A DNA stretch of 64,000 bases from Pristiophorus japonicus (Eukaryota), in the NCBI RefSeq assembly GCF_044704955.1, contig NW_027253292.1, positions 186,001 to 250,000 of the forward strand. Direction: 5' to 3'. A program made the position numbers and the translations under genes. The notes beneath the pieces are model-generated. The model was not told the DNA's origin, searched no databases, and saw only the letters and a program-made list of their open reading frames with translations. Of this stretch, positions 1-13,637 are shown piece by piece (the stretch's first letter is position 1; every line of letters starts with the position of its first letter).

Positions 1-852
1 TGAGGGTTACAGTGTGGGTTACGGTGAGGGTTGTGGGTGTGGGTTACGGTGTGGGTTACGGTGAGGGTTACGGTGAGGGTTACAGTGTGGGTTACGGTGT
101 GGATTACGGTGAGGGTTGTGGGTGTGGGTTACGGTGTGGATTACGGTGAGGGTTACGGTGAGTGTTACGGTGAGGGTTACAGTGTGAGTTACGGTGAGGG
201 TTACGGTGAGGGTTACGGTGAGGGTTGTGGGTGTGGGTTACGGTGTGGATTACGGTGTGGGTTACGGTGAGTGTTACGGTGAGTGTTACGGTGAGGGTTA
301 CGGTGTGGGTTACGGTGAGGGTTACGGTGAGGGTTACGGTGAGTGTTACGGTGAGGGTTACGGTGTGGGTTACGGTGAGGGTTACGGTGAGGGTTACGGT
401 GTGGGTTACGGTGAGGGTTACGGTGTGGGTTACGGTGAGGGTTACGGTGAGGGTTACGGTGAGTGTTACGGTGAGGGTTACGGTGTGGGTTACGGTGAGG
501 GTTACGGTGAGGGTTACGGTGAGGGTTACGGTGAGGGTTGTGGGTGTGGGTTACGGTGTGGATTACGGTGTGGGTTACGGTGAGGGTTACGGTGTGGGTT
601 ACGGTGAGGGTTGTGGGTGTGGGTTACGGTGTGGATTACGGTGTGGGTTACGGTGAGGGTTACGGTGAGGGTTACGGCGTGGGTTACGGTGAGGGTTGTG
701 GGTGTGGGTTACGGTGAGGGTTACGGTGAGGGTTGTGGGTGAGGGTTGTGGGTGTGGGTTACGGTGTGGGTTACGGTGTGGGTTACGGTGAGGGTTAGGG
801 TGTGGGTTACGGTGAGGGTTACGGTGAGGGTTGTGGGTGTGGGTGTGGGTTG
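1..852. repeat. G/T-rich 12-bp minisatellite (GGTTACGGTGAG / GGTTACGGTGTG), built from 6-mers
   Basis: Direct tandem periodicity; runs off the left edge of the window. Confidence 0.97.
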
Positions 853-951
853 TGAGCAGGATCCATGTGTGAGGAGCGGAGTTGAGGCAGTGATTGCTCA
901 GTCCAGTTTCAGACCAGTATCTCAGCTCTGTGCCATCAATGCCTCCCACAG

Positions 952-1188
952 GAGTTCTCTCACTTGCCACTCCACTACACGGCAAAGCGGACACGGTGCA
1001 GCGGCTGGTCATCTCTGCACGGGACGCAGGCGGCCTCGTGTCACCGGTCAATGCCATGGTGAATATCAGCATCGTTTCGGGATTGGTCTCGCCGCCACTC
1101 TTCGAACAAGCCCAATACTTCTTCACCGTGCCTGAAGATGTGCGGAGGGGTTCTCGTATCGGTTCTGTCAGAGCGGTGAACCCACCAG
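952..1188 (+). CDS. DCHS1: Dachsous cadherin-related 1, internal exon (first in window)
   Basis: Acceptor cccacAG|GA and donor G|GTGAGC; 237 nt, phase 1-1. Peptide GVLSLATPL...ISARDAGGL...PPLFEQAQYFFTVPEDVRRGSRIGSVRAVNPPG matches recalled vertebrate DCHS1 (PPIFEQLQYVFSVPEDVAPGTSVGIVQAHNPPG). Confidence 0.92.
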
Positions 1189-1287
1189 GTGAGCAAACCG
1201 TACAGCACATGCCTGCCTCGACAAGGGACGGTCAGTGCTGCCCACGGGGGCAGATTCACCTTTGAACTCTGGTACTCCACGAACTTA

Positions 1288-1620
1288 TCAGAAGCAAAAT
1301 ACTGCAGAGGCTGGAGATCTGAAATATCAACTAAAAATGGTACAAAAACCCAGCAGGTCAGGCAGTGTTTGTGGAGAGAGAAACAGAGTCACTGTTTCAG
1401 GTCGATGACCCTTCGTTAGATCTGGAAACGTTAGAGATGTAACAGGTTTTAACAAGTTCAAGAGCAGGGAAAGAACAAAAGGGAAGGTCTGTGATTGGTG
1501 GAGGGGAGGAGCGATTAAACGGCAAAAGCGATGAACATGGGAGACCAAAGGGCGAGAGTAACCGGGCAAATAAAGGACCAAGAGACGGGCCTCGAGGAGC
1601 TGCAAACAGGCACAGCAAAA
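1288..1620 (-). mobile_element. Decayed Penelope-like element terminal fragment with hammerhead-like motif
   Basis: Minus strand 1419-1394 reads CTAACGA-A-GGGTC-ATC-GACCT-GAAAC. The flanks resemble a dispersed repeat I recall from shark genomes. Family assignment is inference. Confidence 0.5.
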
Positions 1621-1640
1621 TTATCAACAGCTGTCCCCTG

Positions 1641-4600
1641 ACTGGGCATCGGTCACTCTCTGACTCTTCACACTGGGAACGGTCACTCTCTGACTCTTCA
1701 CACTGGGAACGGTCACTCTCAGACCTTCACACTGGGAACGGTCACTCTCAGACCCTTCACACTGGGAACGGTCACTCTCAGAACCTTCACACTGGGCATC
1801 GGTCACTCTCTGACTCTTCACACTGGGAACGGTCACTCTCTGACTCTTCACACTGGGAACGGTCACTCTCAGACCCTTCACACTGGGAACGGTCACTCTC
1901 AGACCCTTCACACTGGGAACGGTCACTCTCAGACCCTTCACACTGGGAATGGTCACTCTCAGAACCTTCACACTGGGCATTGGTCACTCTCAGACATTCA
2001 CACTGGGAACGGTCACTCTCAGACCTTCACACTGGGAATGGTCACTCTCCAACCCTTCACACTGGGAACGGTCACTCTCAGATACTTCACACTGGGAACA
2101 GTCACTCTCAGACACTTCACACTGGGAACGGTCACTCTCAGACCCTTCACACTGGGAACGGTCACTCTCAGACCCTTCACACTGGGAACGGTCACTCTCA
2201 GACCTTCACACTGGGAACGGTCACTAACAGACCCTTCACACTGGGAACGGTCACTCTCAGACCTTCACACTGGGCATTGGTCACTCTCAGATCTTCACAC
2301 TGGGCACTGGTCACTCTCAGACCCTTCACACAGGGAACGGTCACTCTCAGACCTTCACACTGGGAATTGGTCACTCTCAGACCCTTCACACTGGGAACGG
2401 TCACTCTCTGACTCTTCACACTGGGAACAGACACTCTCAGACCCTTCACACTGGGAACGGTCACTCTCAGACCCTTCACACTGGGAACGGTCACTCTCAG
2501 ACCCTTCACACTGGGCATTGGTCACTCTCAGACCCTTCACACTGGGAACGGTCACTCTCAGACCCTTCACACTGGGAACGGTCACTCTCCAACCCTTCAC
2601 ACTGGGAACGGTCACTCTCAGACCCTTCACACTGGGAACGGTCACTCTCAGATCCTTCACACTGGGAACGGTCACTCTCAGACCCTTCTCACTGGGAACG
2701 GTCACTCTCAGATCCTTCACACTGGGAACGGTCACTCTCAGACCCTTAACACTGGGAACGGTCACTCTCAGACCCTTCACACTGGGCATTGGTCACTCTC
2801 AGACCTTCACACTGGGAACGGTCACTCTCAGACCCTTCACACCGGGCATTGGTCACTCTCAGACCCTTCACACTGGGAACAGTCACTCTCAGACCCTACA
2901 CACTGGGAACGGTCACTCTCAGACCCATCACACTGGGAACGGTCACTCTCAGAACTTCACACTGGGAACGGTCACTCCCTGACCCTTCACACTGGGTACG
3001 GTCACTCTCAGACCCTTCCCACTGGGCATTGGTCACTCTCAGACCCTTCACACTTGGCACGGTCACTCGCAGACCATTCACAATGGGAACGGTCACTCTC
3101 AGACCTTCACACTGGGAACGGTCACTCTCAGACCCTTCACTCTGGGAACGGTCACTCTCAGACCCTTCACACTGGGAACAGTCACTCTCAGACCCTTCAC
3201 AATGGGCATCCGTCACTCTCAGACCTTCAGATTGGGCATTGGTCACTCTCAGACCTTCACAATGGGCATCCGTCACTCTCAGACCCTTCACAGTGGGAAC
3301 GGTCACTCTCAGACCCTTCACACTGGGCATTGGTCACTCTCAGACCCTTCACACTTGGAACGGTCACTCTCAGACCCTTCACACTGGGAACGGTAACTCT
3401 CAGACCCTTCTCACTGGGAACGGTCACTCTCAGACCCTACACACTGGGCACTGGTCACTCTCCAAACCTTCACACTGTGAACGGTCACTCTCAGACCCTT
3501 CACACTGGGCATTGGTCACTCTCAGACCCTTCACACTGGCAACGGTCACTCTCAGACCTTCACACTGGGAACGGTCACTCTCAGACTCTTCACACTGGGA
3601 ATGGTCACTCTCAGACCCTTCACACTGGGAACGGTCACTCTCAGACCCTTCACACTGGGAACGGTCACTCTCCAACCCTTCACACTGGGAACGGTCACTC
3701 TCAGACCCTTCACACTGGGCACTGGTCACTCTCAGACCCTCCACACTGGGCATTGGTCACTCTCAGACCCTTCACACTGGGAACGGTCACTCTCAGACCT
3801 TTACACTGAGAACGGTCACTCTCAGACCCTTCACACTGGGAACGGTCACTCTCAGACCCTTCACACTGGGAACGGTCACTCTCAGACCCTTCACACTGGG
3901 AACGGTCACTCTCAGACCATTCACACTGGGCATTGGTCACTCTCAGACACTTTACACTGGGAATGGTCACTCTCAGACCCTTCACACTGGTAACGGTTTT
4001 TCTCAGACCCTTCACACTGGGAACGGTCACTCTCAGACCCTTCACACTGGGCATTGGTCACTCTCAGACCCTTCACACTGGGAACGGTCACTCTCAGACG
4101 CTTCACACTGGGAACGGTCACTCTCAGACAACTTCACACTGGGAACGGTCACTCTCAGACCCTTCACACTGGTAACGTCACTCTCAGACCCTTCACCCTG
4201 GGAACGGTCACTCTCAGACCTTCACACTGGGAATGGTCACTCAGACCCTTCACACTGGGAATGGTCACTCTCAGACCCTTCACACTGGGAACGGTCACTC
4301 TCAGACCTTCACACTGTGAACGGTCACTCTCAGACCCTTCACACTGGGAACGGTCACTCTCAGACCTTCACACTGGGAACGGTCACTCTCAGACCCTTCA
4401 CACTGGGCATTGGTCACTCTCAGACCTTCACACTGGGAACGGTCACTCTCAGACCATTCACACTGGGAACGGTTACTCTCAGACCCTTCACACTGGGAAC
4501 GGTCACTCTCAGACCCTTCACACTGGGAACGGTCCTCTCAGAACCTTCACAATGGGAACGGTCACTCTTAGACCCTTCACACTGGGAACGGTCACTCTCA

Positions 4601-7600
4601 GACCCTTCACACTGGGCACTGGTCACTCTCACGCTTCACACTGGGAACGGTCACTCTCAGACCCTTCAGACTGGGAACGGTCACTCTCAGACCCTTCACT
4701 CTGGGAACGGTCACTCTTAGACCCTTCACACTGGGACCGGTCACTCTCAGACCCTTCACACTGGGAACAGTCACTCTCAGACCCTTCACACTGGGCACTG
4801 GTCACTCTCCAACCCTTCACACTGTGAACGGTCACTCTCCAACCCTTCACACTGGGAACGGTCACTCTCAGACCCTTCACACTGGGCATTGGTCACTCTC
4901 AGACCCTTCACACTGGGAACGGTCACTCTCAGACCCTTCACTCTGGGAACGGTCACTCTCCAACCCTTCACACTGGGAACGGTCACTCTCAGACCCTTCA
5001 CACTGGGAACGGTCACTCTCAGATCCTTCACACTGGGAACGGTCACTCTCAGACCCTTCACACTGGGAACGGTCGCTCTCAGATCCTTCACACTGGGAAC
5101 GGTCACTCTCAGACCCTTAACACTGGGAACGGTCACTCTCAGACCCTTCACACTGGGCATTGGTCACTCTCAGACCTTCACACTGGGAACGGTCACTCTC
5201 AGACATTCACACTGGGCATTGGTCACTCTCAGACCTTCACACTGGGAACGGTCACTCTCAGACCCTTCACACCGGGCATTGGTCACTCTCAGACCCTTCA
5301 CACTGGGAACAATCACTCTCAGACCCTACACACTGGGAACGGTCACTCTCAGACCCTTCACACTGGGAACGGTCACTCTCAGACCTTCACACTGGGAACG
5401 GTCACTCTCAGACTCTTCACACTGGAAACGTTCACTCTCAGACCTTCACACTGGGAACGGTCACTCTCAGACCTTCACACTGGGAACGGTCACTCCCTGA
5501 CCCTTCACACTGGGTACAGTCACTCTCAGACCCTTCCCACTGGGCATTGGTCACTCTCAGACCCTTCCCACTGGGCATTGGTCACTCTCAGACCCTTCAC
5601 ACAGGGCACGGTCACTCTCAGACCATTCACAATGGGAACGGTCACTCTCAGACCCTTCACACTCGGCATTGGTCACTCTCAGACCTTCACACTGGGAACG
5701 GTCACTCTCAGACCCTTCACTCTGGGAACGGTCACTCTCAGACCCTTCACACTGGGAACAGTCACTCTCAGACCCTTCACAATGGGCATCCGTCACTCTC
5801 AGACCTTCACATTGGGCATTGGTCACTCTCAGACCTTCACAATGGGCATCCGTCACTCTCAGACCCTTCACAGTGGGAACGGTCACTCTCTGACCCTTCA
5901 CACTGGGCATTGGTCACTCTCAGACCCTTCACACTGGGAACGGTCACTCTCAGACCCTTCACACTGGGAACGGTCACTCTCAGACCCTTCACACTGGGAA
6001 CGGTCACTCTCAGACCCTACACACTGGGCACTGGTCACTCTCCAACCCTTCACACTGTGAACGGTCACTCTCAGACCCTTCACACTGGGCATTGGTCACT
6101 CTCAGACCCTTCACACTGGCAATGGTCACTCTCAGACCTTCACACTGGGAATGTTCACTCTCAGACCCTTCACACTGGGAACGGTCACTCTCCAACCCTT
6201 CACACTGGGAACGGTCACTCTCAGACCCTTCACACTGGGCACTGGTCACTCTCAGACCCTTTCCACTGGGAACGGTCACTCTCAGACCCTTCACACTGGG
6301 AACGGTCACTCTCAGACCCTTCACACTGGGAACGGTCACTCTCAGACCCTACACACTGGGCACTGGTCACTCTCCAACCCTTCACACTGTGAACGGTCAC
6401 TCTCAGACCCTTCACACTGGGCATTGGTCACTCTCAGACCCTTCACACTGGCAATGGTCACTCTCAGACCTTCACACTGGGCATGGTCACTCTCAGACCC
6501 TTCACACTGTGAACGGTCACTCTCAGAACCTTCACACTGGGAACGGTCACTCTCAGACCCTTCACACTGGGAACGGTCACTCTCAGACCCTTCACACTGG
6601 GAACGGTCACTCTCAGACCCTTCACACTGGGAACGGTCACTCTCCAACCCTTCACACTGGGAACAGTCACTCTCAGACCCTTCACACTGGGCACTGGTCA
6701 CTCTCAGACCCTTCACACTGGGAACGGTCACTCTCAGACCCTTCACACTGGGAACGGTCACTCTCAGACAACTTCACACTGGGAACGGTCACTCTCAGAC
6801 CCTTCACACTGGGAACGGTCACTCTCCGACCCTTCACACTGGGAATGGTCACTCTCGGACCCTTCACACTGGGAACAGTCACTCTCAGACCCTCCACACT
6901 GTGCATTGGTCACTCTCAGACCCTTCACACTGGGAACGGTCACTCTCAGACCTTCACACTGGGAACGGTCACTCTCAGACCCTTCACACTGGGAACGGTC
7001 ACTCTCAGACCCTTCACACTGGGAACGGTCACTCTCAGACCCTTCACACTGGGAACGGTCACTCTCAGACCATTCACACTGGGCATTGGTCACTCTCAGA
7101 CACTTTACACTGGGAATGGTCACTCACAGACCCTTCACACTGGTAACGGTCACTCTCAGACCCTTCACACTGGGAACGGTCACTCTCAGACCATTCACAC
7201 TGGGCATTGGTCACTCTCAGACCCTTCACACTGGGAACGGTCACTCTCAGACGCTTCACACTGGGAACGGTCACTCTCAGACAACTTCACACTGGGAACG
7301 GTCACTCTCAGACCCTTCACACTGGTAACGTCACTCTCAGACCCTTCACCCTGGGAACGGTCACTCTCAGACCTTCACACTGGGAATGGTCACTCAGACC
7401 CTTCACACTGGGAACGGTCACTCTCAGACCCTTCACACTGGGAACGGTCACTCTCAGACCTTCACACTGTGAACGTCACTCTCAGACCCTTCACCCTGGG
7501 AACGGTCACTCTCAGACCTTCACACTGGGAATGGTCACTCAGACCCTTCACACTGGGAATGGTCACTCTCAGACCCTTCACACTGGGAACGGTCACTCTC

Positions 7601-10600
7601 AGACCTTCACACTGTGAACGGTCACTCTCAGACCCTTCACACTGGGAACGGTCACTCTCAGACCTTCACACTGGGAACGGTCACTCTCAGACCCTTCACA
7701 CTGGGCATTGGTCACTCTCAGACCTTCACACTGGGAACGGTCACTCTCAGACCATTCACACTGGGAACGGTCACTCTCAGACCCTTCACACTGGGAACGG
7801 TCACTCTCAGACCCTTCACACTGGGAACAGTCACTCTCAGACCCTTCACACTGGGAACGGTCCTCTCAGAACCTTCACAATGGGAACGGTCACTCTTAGA
7901 CCCTTCACACTGGGAACAGTCACTCTCAGACCTTCACACTGGGAACGGTCACTCTCCGACCCTTCACACTGAGAACGGTCACTCTCCGACCCTTCACACT
8001 GGGAACGGTCACTCTCAGACCCTTCATACTGGGAACGGTCACTCTCAGACCCTTCACACTGGGAACGGTCACTCTCAGACTCTTCACACTGGGAACGGTC
8101 ACTCTCAGACCCTTCACACTGGGAACGGTCACTCTCAGACCCTTCACACTGGGAACAGTCACTCTCAGACCCTTCACACTGGGAACGGTCCTCTCAGAAC
8201 CTTCACAATGGGAACGGTCACTCTTAGACCCTTCACACTGGGAACAGTCACTCTCAGACCTTCACACTCGGAACGGTCACTCTCAGACCCTTCACACTGG
8301 GAACGGTCACTCTCAGACCCTTCACACTGGGCACTGGTCACTCTCACGCTTCACACTGGGAACGGTCACTCTCAGACCCTTCACACTGGGAACGGTCACT
8401 CTTAGACCCTTCACACTGGGAACAGTCACTCTCAGACCTTCACACTGGGAACGGTCACTCTCCGACCCTTCACACTGAGAACGGTCACTCTCCGACCCTT
8501 CACACTGGGAACGGTCACTCTCAGACCCTTCATACTGGGAACGGTCACTCTCAGACCCTTCACACTGGGAACGGTCACTCTCAGACTCTTCACACTGGGA
8601 ACGGTCACTCTCAGACCCTTCACACTGGGAACGGTCACTCTCCAACCCTTCATACTGGGAACGGTCACTCTCAGACCCTTCACACTGGGCACTGGTCACT
8701 CTCAGACCCTTCACACTGGGAACGGTCCCTCTCAGACCCTTCACACTGGGAACGGTCCCTCTCAGAACCTTCACAATGGGAACGGTCACTCTCAGACCCT
8801 TCACACTGGGCATTGGTCACTCTCAGACACTTCACACTGGGAACGGTCACTCTCAGACCCTTCACACTGGGAACGGTCACTCTCAGACACTTCACACTGG
8901 GAACGGTCACTCTCAGACCCTTCACACTGGGAACGGTCACTCTCAGACTCTTCACACTGGAAACGGTCACTCTCAGACCTTCACACTGGGAACGGTCACT
9001 CTCAGACCTTCACACTGGGAACGGTCACTCCCTGACCCTTCACACTGGGTACAGTCACTCTCAGACCCTTCCCACTGGGCATTGGTCACTCTCAGACCCT
9101 TCCCACTGGGCATTGGTCACTCTCAGACCCTTCACACAGGGCACGGTCACTCTCAGACCATTCACACTGGGAACGGTCACTCTCAGACCCTTCACACTGG
9201 GAACGGTCACTCTCCAACCCTTCATACTGGGAACGGTCACTCTCAGACCCTTCACACTGGGCACTGGTCACTCTCAGACCCTTCACACTGGGAACGGTCC
9301 CTCTCAGACCCTTCACACTGGGAACGGTCCCTCTCAGAACCTTCACAATGGGAACGGTCACTCTCAGACCCTTCACACTGGGCATTGGTCACTCTCAGAC
9401 ACTTCACACTGGGAACGGTCACTCTCAGACCCTTCACACTGGGAACGGTCACTCTCAGACACTTCACACTGGGAACGGTCACTCTCAGACCCTTCACACT
9501 GGGAACGGTCACTCTCAGACTCTTCACACTGGAAACGGTCACTCTCAGACCTTCACACTGGGAACGGTCACTCTCAGACCTTCACACTGGGAACGGTCAC
9601 TCCCTGACCCTTCACACTGGGTACAGTCACTCTCAGACCCTTCCCACTGGGCATTGGTCACTCTCAGACCCTTCCCACTGGGCATTGGTCACTCTCAGAC
9701 CCTTCACACAGGGCACGGTCACTCTCAGACCATTCACAATGGGAACGGTCACTCTCAGACCCTTCACACTCGGCATTGGTCACTCTCAGACCTTCACACT
9801 GGGAACAGTCACTCTCAGACCCTTCACTCTGGGAACGGTCACTCTCAGACCCTTCACACTGGGAACAGTCACTCTCAGACCCTTCACAATGGGCATCCGT
9901 CACTCTCAGACCTTCACATTGGGCATTGGTCACTCTCAGACCTTCACAATGGGCATCCGTCACTCTCAGACCCTTCACAGTGGGAACGGTCACTCTCTGA
10001 CCCTTCACACTGGGCATTGGTCACTCTCAGACCCTTCACACTGGGAACGGTCACTCTCAGACCCTTCACACTGGGAACGGTCACTCTCAGACCCTTCACA
10101 CTGGGAACGGTCACTCTCAGACCCTACACACTGGGCACTGGTCACTCTCCAACCCTTCACACTGTGAACGGTCACTCTCAGACCCTTCACACTGGGCATT
10201 GGTCACTCTCAGACCCTTCACACTGGCAATGGTCACTCTCAGACCTTCACACTGGGAATGTTCACTCTCAGACCCTTCACACTGGGAACGGTCACTCTCC
10301 AACCCTTCACACTGGGAACGGTCACTCTCAGACCCTTCACACTGGGCACTGGTCACTCTCAGACCCTTTCCACTGGGAACGGTCACTCTCAGACCCTTCA
10401 CACTGGGAACGGTCACTCTCAGACCCTTCACACTGGGAACGGTCACTCTCAGACCCTACACACTGGGCACTGGTCACTCTCCAACCCTTCACACTGTGAA
10501 CGGTCACTCTCAGACCCTTCACACTGGGCATTGGTCACTCTCAGACCCTTCACACTGGCAATGGTCACTCTCAGACCTTCACACTGGGCATGGTCACTCT

Positions 10601-13600
10601 CAGACCCTTCACACTGTGAACGGTCACTCTCAGAACCTTCACACTGGGAACGGTCACTCTCAGACCCTTCACACTGGGAACGGTCACTCTCAGACCCTTC
10701 ACACTGGGAACGGTCACTCTCAGACCCTTCACACTGGGAACGGTCACTCTCCAACCCTTCACACTGGGAACAGTCACTCTCAGACCCTTCACACTGGGCA
10801 CTGGTCACTCTCAGACCCTTCACACTGGGAACGGTCACTCTCAGACCCTTCACACTGGGAACGGTCACTCTCAGACAACTTCACACTGGGAACGGTCACT
10901 CTCAGACCCTTCACACTGGGAACGGTCACTCTCCGACCCTTCACACTGGGAATGGTCACTCTCGGACCCTTCACACTGGGAACAGTCACTCTCAGACCCT
11001 CCACACTGTGCATTGGTCACTCTCAGACCCTTCACACTGGGAACGGTCACTCTCAGACCTTCACACTGGGAACGGTCACTCTCAGACCCTTCACACTGGG
11101 AACGGTCACTCTCAGACCCTTCACACTGGGAACGGTCACTCTCAGACCCTTCACACTGGGAACGGTCACTCTCAGACCATTCACACTGGGCATTGGTCAC
11201 TCTCAGACACTTTACACTGGGAATGGTCACTCACAGACCCTTCACACTGGTAACGGTCACTCTCAGACCCTTCACACTGGGAACGGTCACTCTCAGACCA
11301 TTCACACTGGGCATTGGTCACTCTCAGACCCTTCACACTGGGAACGGTCACTCTCAGACGCTTCACACTGGGAACGGTCACTCTCAGACAACTTCACACT
11401 GGGAACGGTCACTCTCAGACCCTTCACACTGGTAACGTCACTCTCAGACCCTTCACCCTGGGAACGGTCACTCTCAGACCTTCACACTGGGAATGGTCAC
11501 TCAGACCCTTCACACTGGGAACGGTCACTCTCAGACCCTTCACACTGGGAACGGTCACTCTCAGACCTTCACACTGTGAACGTCACTCTCAGACCCTTCA
11601 CCCTGGGAACGGTCACTCTCAGACCTTCACACTGGGAATGGTCACTCAGACCCTTCACACTGGGAATGGTCACTCTCAGACCCTTCACACTGGGAACGGT
11701 CACTCTCAGACCTTCACACTGTGAACGGTCACTCTCAGACCCTTCACACTGGGAACGGTCACTCTCAGACCTTCACACTGGGAACGGTCACTCTCAGACC
11801 CTTCACACTGGGCATTGGTCACTCTCAGACCTTCACACTGGGAACGGTCACTCTCAGACCATTCACACTGGGAACGGTCACTCTCAGACCCTTCACACTG
11901 GGAACGGTCACTCTCAGACCCTTCACACTGGGAACAGTCACTCTCAGACCCTTCACACTGGGAACGGTCCTCTCAGAACCTTCACAATGGGAACGGTCAC
12001 TCTTAGACCCTTCACACTGGGAACAGTCACTCTCAGACCTTCACACTCGGAACGGTCACTCTCAGACCCTTCACACTGGGAACGGTCACTCTCAGACCCT
12101 TCACACTGGGCACTGGTCACTCTCACGCTTCACACTGGGAACGGTCACTCTCAGACCCTTCACACTGGGAACGGTCACTCTTAGACCCTTCACACTGGGA
12201 ACAGTCACTCTCAGACCTTCACACTGGGAACGGTCACTCTCCGACCCTTCACACTGAGAACGGTCACTCTCCGACCCTTCACACTGGGAACGGTCACTCT
12301 CAGACCCTTCATACTGGGAACGGTCACTCTCAGACCCTTCACACTGGGAACGGTCACTCTCAGACTCTTCACACTGGGAACGGTCACTCTCAGACCCTTC
12401 ACACTGGGAACGGTCACTCTCCAACCCTTCATACTGGGAACGGTCACTCTCAGACCCTTCACACTGGGCACTGGTCACTCTCAGACCCTTCACACTGGGA
12501 ACGGTCCCTCTCAGACCCTTCACACTGGGAACGGTCCCTCTCAGAACCTTCACAATGGGAACGGTCACTCTCAGACCCTTCACACTGGGCATTGGTCACT
12601 CTCAGACACTTCACACTGGGAACGGTCACTCTCAGACCCTTCACACTGGGAACGGTCACTCTCAGACACTTCACACTGGGAACGGTCACTCTCAGACCCT
12701 TCACACTGGGAACGGTCACTCTCAGACACTTCACACTGGGAACGGTCCCTCTCAGACCCTTCACACTGGGAACGGTCACTCTCAGACCCTTCACACTGGG
12801 AACGGTCACTCTCAGACCCTTCACACTGGGAACGGTCACTCTCAGACCTTTCACACTGGGAACGGTCACTCTCCAACCCTTCACACTGGGAACGGTCACC
12901 CTCAGACCCTTCAGACTGGGAACGGTCACCCTCCAACCCTTCACACTGGGAATGGTCACTTTCAGACCCTACACACTGGGAATGGTCACTCTCAGACCAT
13001 TCACACTGGGCATTGGTCACTCTCAGACCCTTCACACTGGGAACGGTCACTCTCAGACCCTTCACACTGGGAACGGTCACTCTCAGACCCTTCACACTGG
13101 GAACGGTCACTCTCAGAACCTTCACACTGGGAACGGTCACTCTCAGACCTTCACACTGGGAACGGTCACTCTCAGACCCTTCACACTGGGAACGGTCACT
13201 CTCAGACCCTTCACACTGGGAACGGTCACTCTCAGACCCTTTACACTGGGAACGGTCACTCTCAGACCCTACACACTGGACACTGGTCACTCTCCAACCC
13301 TTCACACTGGGAATGGTCACTCTCCAACCCTTCACACTGGGAACGGTCACTCTCAGACCCTTCACACTGGGAACGGTCACTCTTCAACCCTTCACACTGG
13401 GAACGGTCACTCTCAGACCCTTCACACTGGGAACGGTCACTCTCGGACCCTTCACACTGGGAACGGTCACTCTCAGACCCTTCACACTGGGAACGGTCAC
13501 TCTCAGACCCTTCACACTGCGAACGGTCACTCTCAGACCCTTCACACTGGGAACGGTCACACTTGGACCCTTCACACTGGGCATTGGTCACTCTCCAAAC

Positions 13601-13635
13601 CTTCACACTGGGAATGGTCACTCTTCAACCCTTCT
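1641..13635. repeat. 30-bp satellite (ACTGGGAACGGTCACTCTCAGACCCTTCAC), about 400 units with 28-31-bp variants
   Basis: Continuous 12-kb tandem array; accounts for all ORFs between 1.5 and 13.7 kb. Confidence 0.98.
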
Positions 13636-13637
13636 CA

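Noticed and set aside
1641-13635. CRISPR-like appearance of the 30-bp repeats (also the 60-bp and 64-68-bp arrays)
   Set aside because: Units are head-to-tail with no unique spacers, there are no cas genes, and the context is a eukaryotic intron.
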